From positions 2,217 through 66,216 of the forward strand of contig CAYNZH010000008.1 of NCBI GenBank assembly GCA_964401685.1: 64,000 bases of DNA, in the 5' to 3' direction. Below the pieces are notes generated by a model. That model ran no database searches and was not told the origin of the DNA. It saw only the letters and a program-made list of their open reading frames with translations. Shown here piece after piece: positions 35,187-43,594 of the stretch (position 1 is its first letter; each line of letters opens with the position of its first letter). The position numbers and the translations under genes are program-made. The stretch comes from an uncultured Sphingobacteriaceae bacterium. Lineage in GTDB: Bacteria > Bacteroidota > Bacteroidia > Sphingobacteriales > Sphingobacteriaceae.

Positions 35187-36185
35187 ATGAAAACAAAAAT
35201 AGCATTAATTACCGGTGGTTATACCGGGGAAGCCGAAATTTCCTTCAAAAGTTCAGATTTTGTCTATCAAAACCTCAAAAAAGACAAATATGACGTCTTC
35301 ACCATCATCGTGGGAATCGATCAGTGGTACTACGTAGGGGACAATGGAGTGAAGTACGAGGTCAACAAAAATGATTTTACGCTTCAGATAGACGATCACC
35401 TTGTCACCTTTGACATGGCTTTTATAATGCTTCACGGGACTCCCGGCGAGGATGGTCGTCTTCAGGGGTACCTGGACATGGTCGGTGTTCCCTACACGTC
35501 ATGTGACGCCTTGACATCGGCTCTTACGATGAATAAGGCGTATACCAAGGCCATTGTGCAGGATATCGAAGGTTTAGATGTTGCCAAATCTATTCTGCTA
35601 TTCGCGGATCATAGAGCTCAGGCGGCCGAAATTGTGAGCAAATCACTCGAACTTCCGTTCTTTGTAAAACCCAATGCAGGAGGTAGTAGTATTGGTATGA
35701 GCAAGGTAAATGAACTTTCTGCCCTACAGGAAGCTTTAGACAAGGCCTTTGATGCAGCCAATACGGGACAGCAGGTCATAGTCGAGGAGTTTGTGTCGGG
35801 GCGTGAGTTTTCTGTCGGCGTATACAGGCAACTCTCAGGCGAGCTTAAAGTCCTTCCGTCCACGGAAATAATCACCAGCAGGGAGTTTTTCGACTTCGAA
35901 GCCAAGTACACGCCAGGAATCACTCAAGAGATTACTCCCGCGGATTTGACCCCCGCACAGGTGAGTCGCGTGGAACATTTGGTCAAGGAAATCTACATCA
36001 GACTGAATTGCCGCGGTATGGTTCGGGTGGATTATTTTCTGGAGCGTGACAGTGAGAAATTCTATTTTATTGAAATCAACACGATCCCAGGGCAAACCGC
36101 AACGAGCTTTATTCCCCAGCAGGTGCTTGCAGCGGGAATAGATATTGCAGATTTTTACGAAGAATTGATTGAAGCCAGGCGTTGA
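35187..36185 (+). CDS. ddl: D-alanine--D-alanine ligase
   Basis: IALITGGYTGEAEIS, MLHGTPGEDGRLQGYLD, FVKPNAGGSSIGMSKV, YFIEINTIPG motifs. Confidence 0.9.
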   Translation: MKTKIALITGGYTGEAEISFKSSDFVYQNLKKDKYDVFTIIVGIDQWYYVGDNGVKYEVNKNDFTLQIDDHLVTFDMAFIMLHGTPGEDGRLQGYLDMVGVPYTSCDALTSALTMNKAYTKAIVQDIEGLDVAKSILLFADHRAQAAEIVSKSLELPFFVKPNAGGSSIGMSKVNELSALQEALDKAFDAANTGQQVIVEEFVSGREFSVGVYRQLSGELKVLPSTEIITSREFFDFEAKYTPGITQEITPADLTPAQVSRVEHLVKEIYIRLNCRGMVRVDYFLERDSEKFYFIEINTIPGQTATSFIPQQVLAAGIDIADFYEELIEARR

Positions 36186-36198
36186 TTTCGCCTCCAGA

Positions 36199-37134
36199 CT
36201 AGGTGATCGTCTCCTTTTCTACTTCGTGTTGAATAACCTTCACGGCGTAAGAAGAGGGGATGATCCCCCGGCCAAATTTCTCGGCGTAAGCTTTGGTGAA
36301 TTCCGCTCCGAAATAGAGAATGGCCGCAGAATAATATATCCAGAGCAACAAAATGATGATTGAACCCGCAGCACCATACGCCGAGGCTGGGGCTGTGTAG
36401 ACCATGTACAGTGAGATCAGGTACCTGCCCAGCATAAATAGCAGCGCTGTGAACACCGCTCCGCCAAAGACATCTTTGAGACGTACTTTTGCATCAGGAA
36501 GCACGGAAAAGATGGTGGTAAACAGCACGGTAATTGTGAGAAAAGTGAGCCCAGTGTTGATCCAGCCTAGCATGTAAACCGAAATATCCGGCAAAAATCG
36601 ACCGAGATAGTCGCTCAATGCCTGAATGATCCCATTTATGAGCAAGGATGCGATGAGCAGAAAGCCCAGTCCGACCACCATAGAGAAGGAAAGCATCCGG
36701 TTTAGCACCATCTTCAGCCAGCCTTTTCTTGGCTTGGCACGTACATTCCAGATCGTGTTTATAGAATCCTGTATTTCCATGAATATCGTCGTCGATCCCA
36801 GAATCAAGGTTCCGATTCCTATTGCAATACCAAAGCCCGAGCGGTCCGAAACGCTGATCTGCTTGATCACCTGTTGAATTTGATCGGCAACGTCCCGGCC
36901 GAATAGCAACGATAATTCTCCGAAAATCTCCGCCTGTGCGCCTTCCTGCCCTTCTATATATTCGCCGTAAAAAGTCCCGATCAGCCAGATAACAATCAGC
37001 AAAAGCGGAGCAATTGAAAAGACAGCATAGTACGCGAGTGAGGCACTCATTTTCATTGCTTTATCTGCAGAGAATCCTTTCACACTCTGAAGTATGACCT
37101 GAAATAGATCTTTAAAGAATCGACGTTTACGCAT
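36199..37134 (-). CDS. YihY/BrkB family membrane protein (copy 2)
   Basis: 311 aa. FSADKAMKMSASLAYYAVFSIAPLLLI and YGAAGSIIILLLWIYYSAAILYFGAEFT motifs. Its ATG overlaps the acyl-CoA ligase stop (ATGCGTAA). Confidence 0.8.
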   Translation of the reverse strand: MRKRRFFKDLFQVILQSVKGFSADKAMKMSASLAYYAVFSIAPLLLIVIWLIGTFYGEYIEGQEGAQAEIFGELSLLFGRDVADQIQQVIKQISVSDRSGFGIAIGIGTLILGSTTIFMEIQDSINTIWNVRAKPRKGWLKMVLNRMLSFSMVVGLGFLLIASLLINGIIQALSDYLGRFLPDISVYMLGWINTGLTFLTITVLFTTIFSVLPDAKVRLKDVFGGAVFTALLFMLGRYLISLYMVYTAPASAYGAAGSIIILLLWIYYSAAILYFGAEFTKAYAEKFGRGIIPSSYAVKVIQHEVEKETIT

Positions 37135-38890
37135 ATAGCTGTTCTATCTGCTCATGGTGATTGCTGAGTATGATTTTTCTCTTTAAACTCAGTTTGGGCG
37201 TTAGTTGCCCGGCATCGATGGTCCATTCGCGGGGAAGGAGGACAAACTTTTTGACCTGTTCCCACTGTCCGAAGGAGGCATTGAGCCTGTCCAGCTCACG
37301 CTGATATTTATCAATCACCTGAGGATGCTTTATGATACTTTCGGGGGTGTCGTAGGGGATTTCCTTGTGTTCACACCAGGCTTTCAGATTATCATAAGCT
37401 GGCACGATCAACGCGGAAGGAAATCGTCTATTTTCCCCGACGACCATGACCTGAGCGATCAGGGCCGATTCCATATACTTGTTTTCCAGGATCTGTGGCG
37501 CTACATATTTTCCGCCAGCTGTCTTGAAAATCTCCTTCTTACGATCCGTGATCCTCAAAAACCCATCAGAGGTCAGCTCGCCTATATCTCCAGTGTGGAG
37601 AAATCCCTTTTCGTCCCAAACTTCTGCTGTTGCTTCCGGATTGTTGTAATACCCCTTCGATACGTTTGGTCCCTTACAGAGAATTTCCCCGTCTTCGGCG
37701 ATTCTAACGGTCACGCTCTTTAAAAGTTTCCCAACAGTACCAAACTTCAATCCGCCTGGTTCTAAGGAATTAACGGCAATCACGGGTGAAGTTTCCGTGA
37801 GTCCATAGCCCTCGAGTACAGGTATATTTGCAGCCCAGAATACTCTCGCCAAGCGAGGTTGCAGCGCAGCACCTCCGGAAATGATCACCTTGATATTTCC
37901 GCCCAGAGCATCTTGCCACTTGCTGAAAATCAGTTTTCGTGCTATTCCCAATCTAAAATTGTACCATGAACTATTCTTCTCGGGTTCCTGAAACTCCAGC
38001 CCAAGTTCTAGTGCCCAGAAAAATAGGGCTTTTTTGATCCCGGTGAGTTCTTTGCCCTTTGCCACAATCCGCTCATATACTTTCTCCAACACCCTTGGAA
38101 CAGTCGTAAATCCATCCGGTTTGACCTCATTGATGTCGGCAACGATCGTGTCCAGACTTTCGGCATAGTGAATTTCCACCCCCTGGGAAAAATAAAGATA
38201 CACGACCATCCTTTCGAAAATATGACTCAGCGGGAGAAAACTGATTGCCCGATTAAAAAATGTAGGCAAGAGTCCGTCACAATCGTTTACATTGGAAATT
38301 ACGTTCTTATGTGAGAGATGCACACCTTTTGGCTTTCCTGTAGTCCCTGAGGTATAAATCAGTGTCAACAGATCGTCCTCTTGAACGGCATTGCGGTAGG
38401 CGTCCAGGTCGACGTCAATGTTTTTCCCCGAGTCCATGAGTGTTTGGAGGCTAGGTACCCCGCTTACTTGGTCAAAAGAATACATCGCGATGTCCATCTG
38501 GTTTTCGTCCAAAGCATGTTTTACCTTTTCGTACAATTCGTTACTGCTGAAAAAGATCAGCTTCACCTCAGCGTCCCTAAGAATATGCACCAAATCCTGA
38601 TGAGCCAGAGTAGGGTAGAGCGGTACTATTGCCGCCCCGATTTGGCTGGAAGCAAAGTCGCAGAAGTTCCATTCCGGGCGGTTTCCAGACATCAGAGCAA
38701 TTTTATCGCCCTTTGAAATGCCGAGTCCGACCAGTGCCCGGCTTAGGTCATTGACGTGTTCGACGAATGCCTCGGGCGTATAATTCCTCCATACACCGTC
38801 GATCTTGCCGGTCACGACGTAACGATTGTTGGCTTTTGGTGTGTAGTTGTTCAAGACATCGAACACCCTGCGTTTGGTTCTTTTTTCCAT
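37127..38890 (-). CDS. long-chain fatty acid--CoA ligase (AMP-forming acyl-CoA synthetase)
   Basis: 587 aa. LIYTSGTTGKPKGVHLSHKN AMP-binding motif, EGYGLTETS, GFLHTGDIGE...GFLRITDRKKEIFKTAGGKYVAPQ. Confidence 0.85.
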   Translation of the reverse strand: MEKRTKRRVFDVLNNYTPKANNRYVVTGKIDGVWRNYTPEAFVEHVNDLSRALVGLGISKGDKIALMSGNRPEWNFCDFASSQIGAAIVPLYPTLAHQDLVHILRDAEVKLIFFSSNELYEKVKHALDENQMDIAMYSFDQVSGVPSLQTLMDSGKNIDVDLDAYRNAVQEDDLLTLIYTSGTTGKPKGVHLSHKNVISNVNDCDGLLPTFFNRAISFLPLSHIFERMVVYLYFSQGVEIHYAESLDTIVADINEVKPDGFTTVPRVLEKVYERIVAKGKELTGIKKALFFWALELGLEFQEPEKNSSWYNFRLGIARKLIFSKWQDALGGNIKVIISGGAALQPRLARVFWAANIPVLEGYGLTETSPVIAVNSLEPGGLKFGTVGKLLKSVTVRIAEDGEILCKGPNVSKGYYNNPEATAEVWDEKGFLHTGDIGELTSDGFLRITDRKKEIFKTAGGKYVAPQILENKYMESALIAQVMVVGENRRFPSALIVPAYDNLKAWCEHKEIPYDTPESIIKHPQVIDKYQRELDRLNASFGQWEQVKKFVLLPREWTIDAGQLTPKLSLKRKIILSNHHEQIEQLYA

Positions 38891-38901
38891 AGCGGTAAAA
38901 T

Positions 38902-40707
38902 TTAGTCGAGAGAAAGCCAGATTTTCCCTAGTCGTTTTTGTTCTGCATTGGCATTAGCCAGTGGCACGATTTGATAATTTGCATTGCTATTGCGCTTCAA
39001 GGTAATAGGCAGATCCCTGATAATTCCGTCCCGCGCAATGGTTACCTGGAGCACGTCACCCACCTGGGCATCCTGCATGATCGAGGCTAGTTCCCTTCCC
39101 GATGCATCGAGTCGACTTCCGTTAATCCCAATAATCTCGTCCCGGACATTGAGGCCACCCTCCCAAGCACCCGTTCCTCTCTGCACGGAAGTCACCATGA
39201 TCCTGCCATTCTGACTGGATGTCGTTGCCCCCAGGTCAGGCCGCTCAAAGCCAGCGAATTGGTCTTTCAATTCATAACCCACCCGGTTCAAGTACGCATT
39301 ATAATCCAATTTCTCCACAGTATGGGCTGCCCGAAAAATCTCATCCACGGACACGCCGCTAACATCTTTGATTAGTGCCGCAAATTCGCCCTCCTCAAAA
39401 CCACGATCTTTCTCCACGTAAAACAACTCGTAGGCCGCCTTTAGCACATCGTCAAGGTTTTTTTGCCCCTTGGTTTCTGCAATAATTTTCACGTCCATCA
39501 GCATCGCTAACATCGCGCCTTTATTATAATAGGAAATACTGTTATTTGCTGAGTTTTCATCCTGCCTGTAATACTTGATCCAGGCGTCAAAACTTGCGAG
39601 AGCGACCGGCTGAATATCGTTACCGGCTTTGTTTTCTATAGTATTGAAATCTCCGGCCAGAAAGCTAAGGTACTGGTTCTCATTGACCATCCCAGTGCGC
39701 CTGAGTATCAAATTGTCATAGTAAGAAGTAAAACCCTCCATAATCCAAAGTGCGGTGCTATAATTTTCATTCTCATAATCGAATGGACCCAACTCGATTG
39801 GGCGCAGTCTCTTTACAAACCATAAGTGAAAATACTCATGCGCAACCAATCCTAAAAAGTTGGTGTAAAGGCGAGGACTGCTATAGGCGTTACGGCTCGC
39901 GCCCAACACAGTAGAGTTGAGGTGTTCAAGGCCTCCGCCGCCCGACTGGAAGTGGTGCACGATGAAAACATAGCGTTTGTTGGGATTAACGCCAAAAATC
40001 CGGGTGCATTCCTCTATAATTTCGGTAAAGTCTTGAATTAGCCTGTCCTTGTCATAATTGCCACCGCCGACCATGGCAACTTCGTGAAGTACCCCGCTGG
40101 CGTTAAAGGTGAATATTTCCTGATTACCCACTTCTATTGGCGAGTCAAATAATATATCGAAATCTGGCGCATGATAGGTAAAATCCTGGCCTGGTACAGC
40201 GTCCAGACCGGTGGAAACCTTCTTCCAGTTTGAATGAGGGTTTATTCTCACTTCGACTGGATGGTCCAACATTCCGTCCACATACATAAATGTTCCCGCT
40301 GGGGATAGGAAAGCGTGTTGGTCATCGATATAGTTGGTGCGTACAGAGACTTCAAACCCGTACAGCCTATAGTTTATAGTCACATGGTCCAGGTTGTTGG
40401 AAGTAATCCGCCAAGTGTTTTTACTTATCTTTTTTACCTCTAGCAATTCACCAGACTCATCACAAGCCTCAAAGGACTCTACGTGACGGGAATATTCGCG
40501 GACCAAATATGATCCCGGAGTCCACACGGGCATTTTTACATCTATAAACGGACGCTTGACGTTTTCAATGTCCATGCGGATTTCGGCATAGTGTGCTTGA
40601 GGCTCACGGAAAGAAACTTCAAACTTGATCGATGAAGCAGCCCCAAATGCAACAGTTTTTATCAACATTAATAAACAGATTAGACTTAAATTTTTCGATA
40701 ATTTCAT
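38902..40707 (-). CDS. M61 family (glycyl aminopeptidase-like) metallopeptidase with C-terminal PDZ domain
   Basis: 601 aa with signal peptide. HEYFHLW HExxH zinc motif. C-terminal GLNVRDEIIGINGSRL PDZ-like segment. Confidence 0.85.
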   Translation of the reverse strand: MKLSKNLSLICLLMLIKTVAFGAASSIKFEVSFREPQAHYAEIRMDIENVKRPFIDVKMPVWTPGSYLVREYSRHVESFEACDESGELLEVKKISKNTWRITSNNLDHVTINYRLYGFEVSVRTNYIDDQHAFLSPAGTFMYVDGMLDHPVEVRINPHSNWKKVSTGLDAVPGQDFTYHAPDFDILFDSPIEVGNQEIFTFNASGVLHEVAMVGGGNYDKDRLIQDFTEIIEECTRIFGVNPNKRYVFIVHHFQSGGGGLEHLNSTVLGASRNAYSSPRLYTNFLGLVAHEYFHLWFVKRLRPIELGPFDYENENYSTALWIMEGFTSYYDNLILRRTGMVNENQYLSFLAGDFNTIENKAGNDIQPVALASFDAWIKYYRQDENSANNSISYYNKGAMLAMLMDVKIIAETKGQKNLDDVLKAAYELFYVEKDRGFEEGEFAALIKDVSGVSVDEIFRAAHTVEKLDYNAYLNRVGYELKDQFAGFERPDLGATTSSQNGRIMVTSVQRGTGAWEGGLNVRDEIIGINGSRLDASGRELASIMQDAQVGDVLQVTIARDGIIRDLPITLKRNSNANYQIVPLANANAEQKRLGKIWLSLD

Positions 40708-40748
40708 AATTCACCGGATTAAATAGAATGGGTTCCTCCACGAAAATA

Positions 40749-40756
40749 CAAAATTA
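40749..40756 (-). promoter_or_regulatory. sigmaA -7 box TAATTTTG for the M61 peptidase / acyl-CoA ligase / YihY operon
   Basis: TAnnTTTG match, 41 nt upstream of ATG 40707. Confidence 0.5.
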
Positions 40757-40790
40757 TTCGTCAAATGTTGATTCTGCTCCAAAATTTTGT

Positions 40791-40798
40791 TATATTTG
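40791..40798 (+). promoter_or_regulatory. sigmaA -7 box TATATTTG for the BadF-type ATPase / gpx operon
   Basis: TAnnTTTG match, only 4 nt upstream of ATG 40803 (leaderless candidate). Confidence 0.55.
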
Positions 40799-40802
40799 AG
40801 AT

Positions 40803-41669
40803 ATGATTTTAGTTGCTGATAGTGGGTCATCACGATCTGATTGGAGACTTTCGGTGCCTGAAGATAAGCCTTTGTCTTTCACAACCAAAGGGTTAAATCC
40901 TTTTTTTGTGAGCGAGAAGGAAATTGAGCGCGTCGTCCACGATGTGGAAGAAATCATGCCTTATGTTCCCGGCATTAGCGAGGTGTATTTTTTTGGATCA
41001 GGTTGTTCCAGTCCGGATCGCCGTGAGATGGTGTCCAATGCACTTTCCAAGCTATTTGTAAACGCATTTATTGATGTGCAGATTGATTTAATCGGTTCGG
41101 CTTATGCGACCTGCGGCCATCATAAGGGCTATATCGGGACCTTGGGCACAGGATCGGACATCACTTTTTATAATGGAGAAGATATACTGCCCTCTAGGCA
41201 GGGTGTGGGCTATGTCCTGGGTGACGAGGGCTCCGGGGTCTGGTTTGGAAAGCGTCTGATTACGGATTATCTGTACGGTCTGATGCCCACGGAGTTGCGC
41301 GACATCTTTGGCAGCAACTACAAAATAACCAAGGAAATTGTACTCAAAAACGTTTACCACCGCCCCCGACCTAATGCCTACCTGGCCTCATTCGCTCCCT
41401 TCATCTCCGCGCATCACACGCATCCATATATGAAAGACCTTCTCAGACAGGGTTTTGAAGAGTATGTTCAGTCATATATCTTACCTTACACGGATTACCG
41501 TGATTATGTGTGCCATTTTGTAGGGGCTATCGCCTTTCATTTTCAAGCGCAGTTAAAAGAAGTCTGCGAAATCCATGGTGTGCAGATCGGCATGATACTT
41601 GAGAACCCTATTGACCGACTCTTTTCTTTTATTTTAGAGCGGGAAAAACGCTACACCCTTCAAATGTAA
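40803..41669 (+). CDS. BadF/BadG/BcrA/BcrD-type ATPase (N-acetylglucosamine kinase-like)
   Basis: MILVADSGSSRSDWRL phosphate-1 motif and GTLGTGSD, GYVLGDEGSG ASKHA-fold motifs. Confidence 0.7.
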   Translation: MILVADSGSSRSDWRLSVPEDKPLSFTTKGLNPFFVSEKEIERVVHDVEEIMPYVPGISEVYFFGSGCSSPDRREMVSNALSKLFVNAFIDVQIDLIGSAYATCGHHKGYIGTLGTGSDITFYNGEDILPSRQGVGYVLGDEGSGVWFGKRLITDYLYGLMPTELRDIFGSNYKITKEIVLKNVYHRPRPNAYLASFAPFISAHHTHPYMKDLLRQGFEEYVQSYILPYTDYRDYVCHFVGAIAFHFQAQLKEVCEIHGVQIGMILENPIDRLFSFILEREKRYTLQM

Positions 41670-41687
41670 ATTTTAAATTATTAATTT

Positions 41688-42206
41688 ATGATACAGCTAC
41701 TTATGATATTGTTCACACTGACCTTCTCGGGCAAGAATGCGGAGAACGTTCACGATTTTAAATTCAAGACCATTGACGGGGAAGAAGTTTCTCTCGGCGA
41801 TTTTAAAGGCAAAAAGTTGTTGTTGGTGAATACGGCATCTAAATGCGGATTTACCAAGCAATATGCAGGATTGCAGGAATTGTCAGAAAAGTACGGTGAT
41901 AAATTGATCGTCATCGGGTTTCCATCTGGGGATTTTGGCAATCAAGAACTTGACACAGGTGAGGAAATTCAGAATTTTTGTGAGAAGAACTTCGGTGTTA
42001 CCTTTTTGCTGAGTGAAAAAACTAAAGTAAAGGGTCAGGGTATTTCGCCATTATTTGCGTATCTGACCAGTACGGACAATCCTGATTTCAAAGGTGATAT
42101 CAAGTGGAACTTTGAGAAATTTCTCGTGGATGAAAACGGAAAGCTGATCCATAGGTTTAGATCCGCTACTGATCCCATGGACGAGGATATTCTCTCAAAA
42201 GTATAG
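41688..42206 (+). CDS. glutathione peroxidase (Cys-type)
   Basis: LLVNTASKCGFTKQY (catalytic Cys, not Sec), FPSGDFGNQE, IKWNFEKFLVD motifs. Confidence 0.9.
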   Translation: MIQLLMILFTLTFSGKNAENVHDFKFKTIDGEEVSLGDFKGKKLLLVNTASKCGFTKQYAGLQELSEKYGDKLIVIGFPSGDFGNQELDTGEEIQNFCEKNFGVTFLLSEKTKVKGQGISPLFAYLTSTDNPDFKGDIKWNFEKFLVDENGKLIHRFRSATDPMDEDILSKV

Positions 42207-42215
42207 GTTCGCCAC

Positions 42216-42806
42216 TCAGTGATTCTTGCCTTGGCCCTGCGTGAAGCAACGCCGGCAACGAGGTTCGTAGGTTTCCTTCTCTCCGATAAGTAGTTTTTCG
42301 CGGGAGGGAACAAGTCGGTAGGAATAGTTGGCCGGAGAGCCGCATTGCATGCATACGGCGTGAAGCTTTGTGACGTGCTCTGCTATGGCCATTATTTCAG
42401 GGATAGGGCCAAAGGGTTTTCCCTCAAAATCCATATCCAGTCCCGCGACTATGACGCGGACACCCCTACATGCCAGCAGATTACATGTCTGCGCCAGATT
42501 GTGGTCAAAAAACTGGGCTTCGTCAATGCCTATCACCCGGGTCTCAGCTTTTAAATTCAGTATCTCCGAGCTGTCAGCGACGATCGTGGAGGGGATAGTG
42601 CTATTGTTGTGGGAAACGACATGTTGACTGTCGTATCTGGTATCGGTTAAAGGCTTGAATATTTCCACCTGCATCTTTGCAAATTTTGCACGCCTTAACC
42701 GCCGGATCAGTTCCTCAGTTTTACCCGAAAACATTGAACCGCAAATTACTTCTATGCTGCCGATCATGCCCTCCTTGCGAGCAAACTCCTGAGGCAAAAA
42801 TACCAT
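42216..42806 (-). CDS. tdk: thymidine kinase
   Basis: IEVICGSMFSGKTEELIRR P-loop, IGIDEAQFF, C-terminal zinc ribbon (AVCMQCG...CRRC). Start ATG 42806; the longer track ORF (42872) crosses the divergent promoter. Confidence 0.9.
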   Translation of the reverse strand: MVFLPQEFARKEGMIGSIEVICGSMFSGKTEELIRRLRRAKFAKMQVEIFKPLTDTRYDSQHVVSHNNSTIPSTIVADSSEILNLKAETRVIGIDEAQFFDHNLAQTCNLLACRGVRVIVAGLDMDFEGKPFGPIPEIMAIAEHVTKLHAVCMQCGSPANYSYRLVPSREKLLIGEKETYEPRCRRCFTQGQGKNH

Positions 42807-42848
42807 GTTAACTTTCTTAGATTGTTTGCAAATAAACGCAATTAAGTT

Positions 42849-42856
42849 TATATTTG
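42849..42856 (+). promoter_or_regulatory. sigmaA -7 box TATATTTG for hypothetical gene 42875
   Basis: TAnnTTTG match, 18 nt upstream of ATG 42875. Confidence 0.55.
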
Positions 42857-42874
42857 AGTGATCTAAAAGCAACG

Positions 42875-43594
42875 ATGATGGAATTGACTAAATTACAGGA
42901 ATTACTACAGGATATTAACGAACAGTTTCACGCCTTAGAAAATACTGAGGGGGAGGAGGATAGTCTTCAGCTCGAGCTTCTGGAGGCGACGAGCAACTAT
43001 TTTTTGGCCAATGTATCGGTGTATAGAAAGAAACGGGAGCGAAGGTTGCTGGAAAAACTAGAACGCGAGAAACCAGAACCTCTCCCTGTGAGTTCAGAAG
43101 CGATTGGGGAGGAAGTTTTAATATCTGAACCCGTCGAACCTGAAGTTCCGGCAAGAGAGATTCCTGTAGTTAACCTGAGCCCAAGTCCAAATTCAAGTTC
43201 TGATACATCAGAGGAAACTGTGGTGGAGGAGTTCGTTCCTGAGGCTCCACGGGCGGTACCCCCTGCGGTCGATGCAGGTCCGATGAGTCTCAACGAGAGA
43301 CTGGCCGGTCAAAGAAAGCAAGAAAATCCAGTTTCTATTCCACGTTTTGACAGCAACAGGCAAATGGATTTAAAAACTGCCATCAGTTTAAATGATAAAC
43401 TACTGTTTATCAAAGATCTTTTTAATGGATATAGTTTGGCTTATAGCGAAGCTATAGAGTTGGTCAACAGATACGGCACTTTTTCAGAAGCTGATGCATT
43501 TCTACAAGCAAATTACGCCGTGAAAAACAAGTGGGAAGAAAAGCCTGAAGCTGTTCAGAAGCTTTATGACATTTTGAGGAAAAAATTCAACTAG
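42875..43594 (+). CDS. hypothetical protein (coiled-coil N-terminus, acidic/Pro-rich linker, conserved-looking C-terminal domain)
   Basis: ATG 42875 lies 18 nt after a TATATTTG box; the track start 42854 is the TTG of that box. No recognisable family motif. Confidence 0.6.
   Translation: MMELTKLQELLQDINEQFHALENTEGEEDSLQLELLEATSNYFLANVSVYRKKRERRLLEKLEREKPEPLPVSSEAIGEEVLISEPVEPEVPAREIPVVNLSPSPNSSSDTSEETVVEEFVPEAPRAVPPAVDAGPMSLNERLAGQRKQENPVSIPRFDSNRQMDLKTAISLNDKLLFIKDLFNGYSLAYSEAIELVNRYGTFSEADAFLQANYAVKNKWEEKPEAVQKLYDILRKKFN

Noticed and set aside
41688-42206. Possible selenocysteine recoding in the glutathione peroxidase gene.
   Set aside because: The catalytic position is an ordinary Cys codon (NTASKCGFT). 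There is no in-frame TGA and no SECIS-like hairpin.
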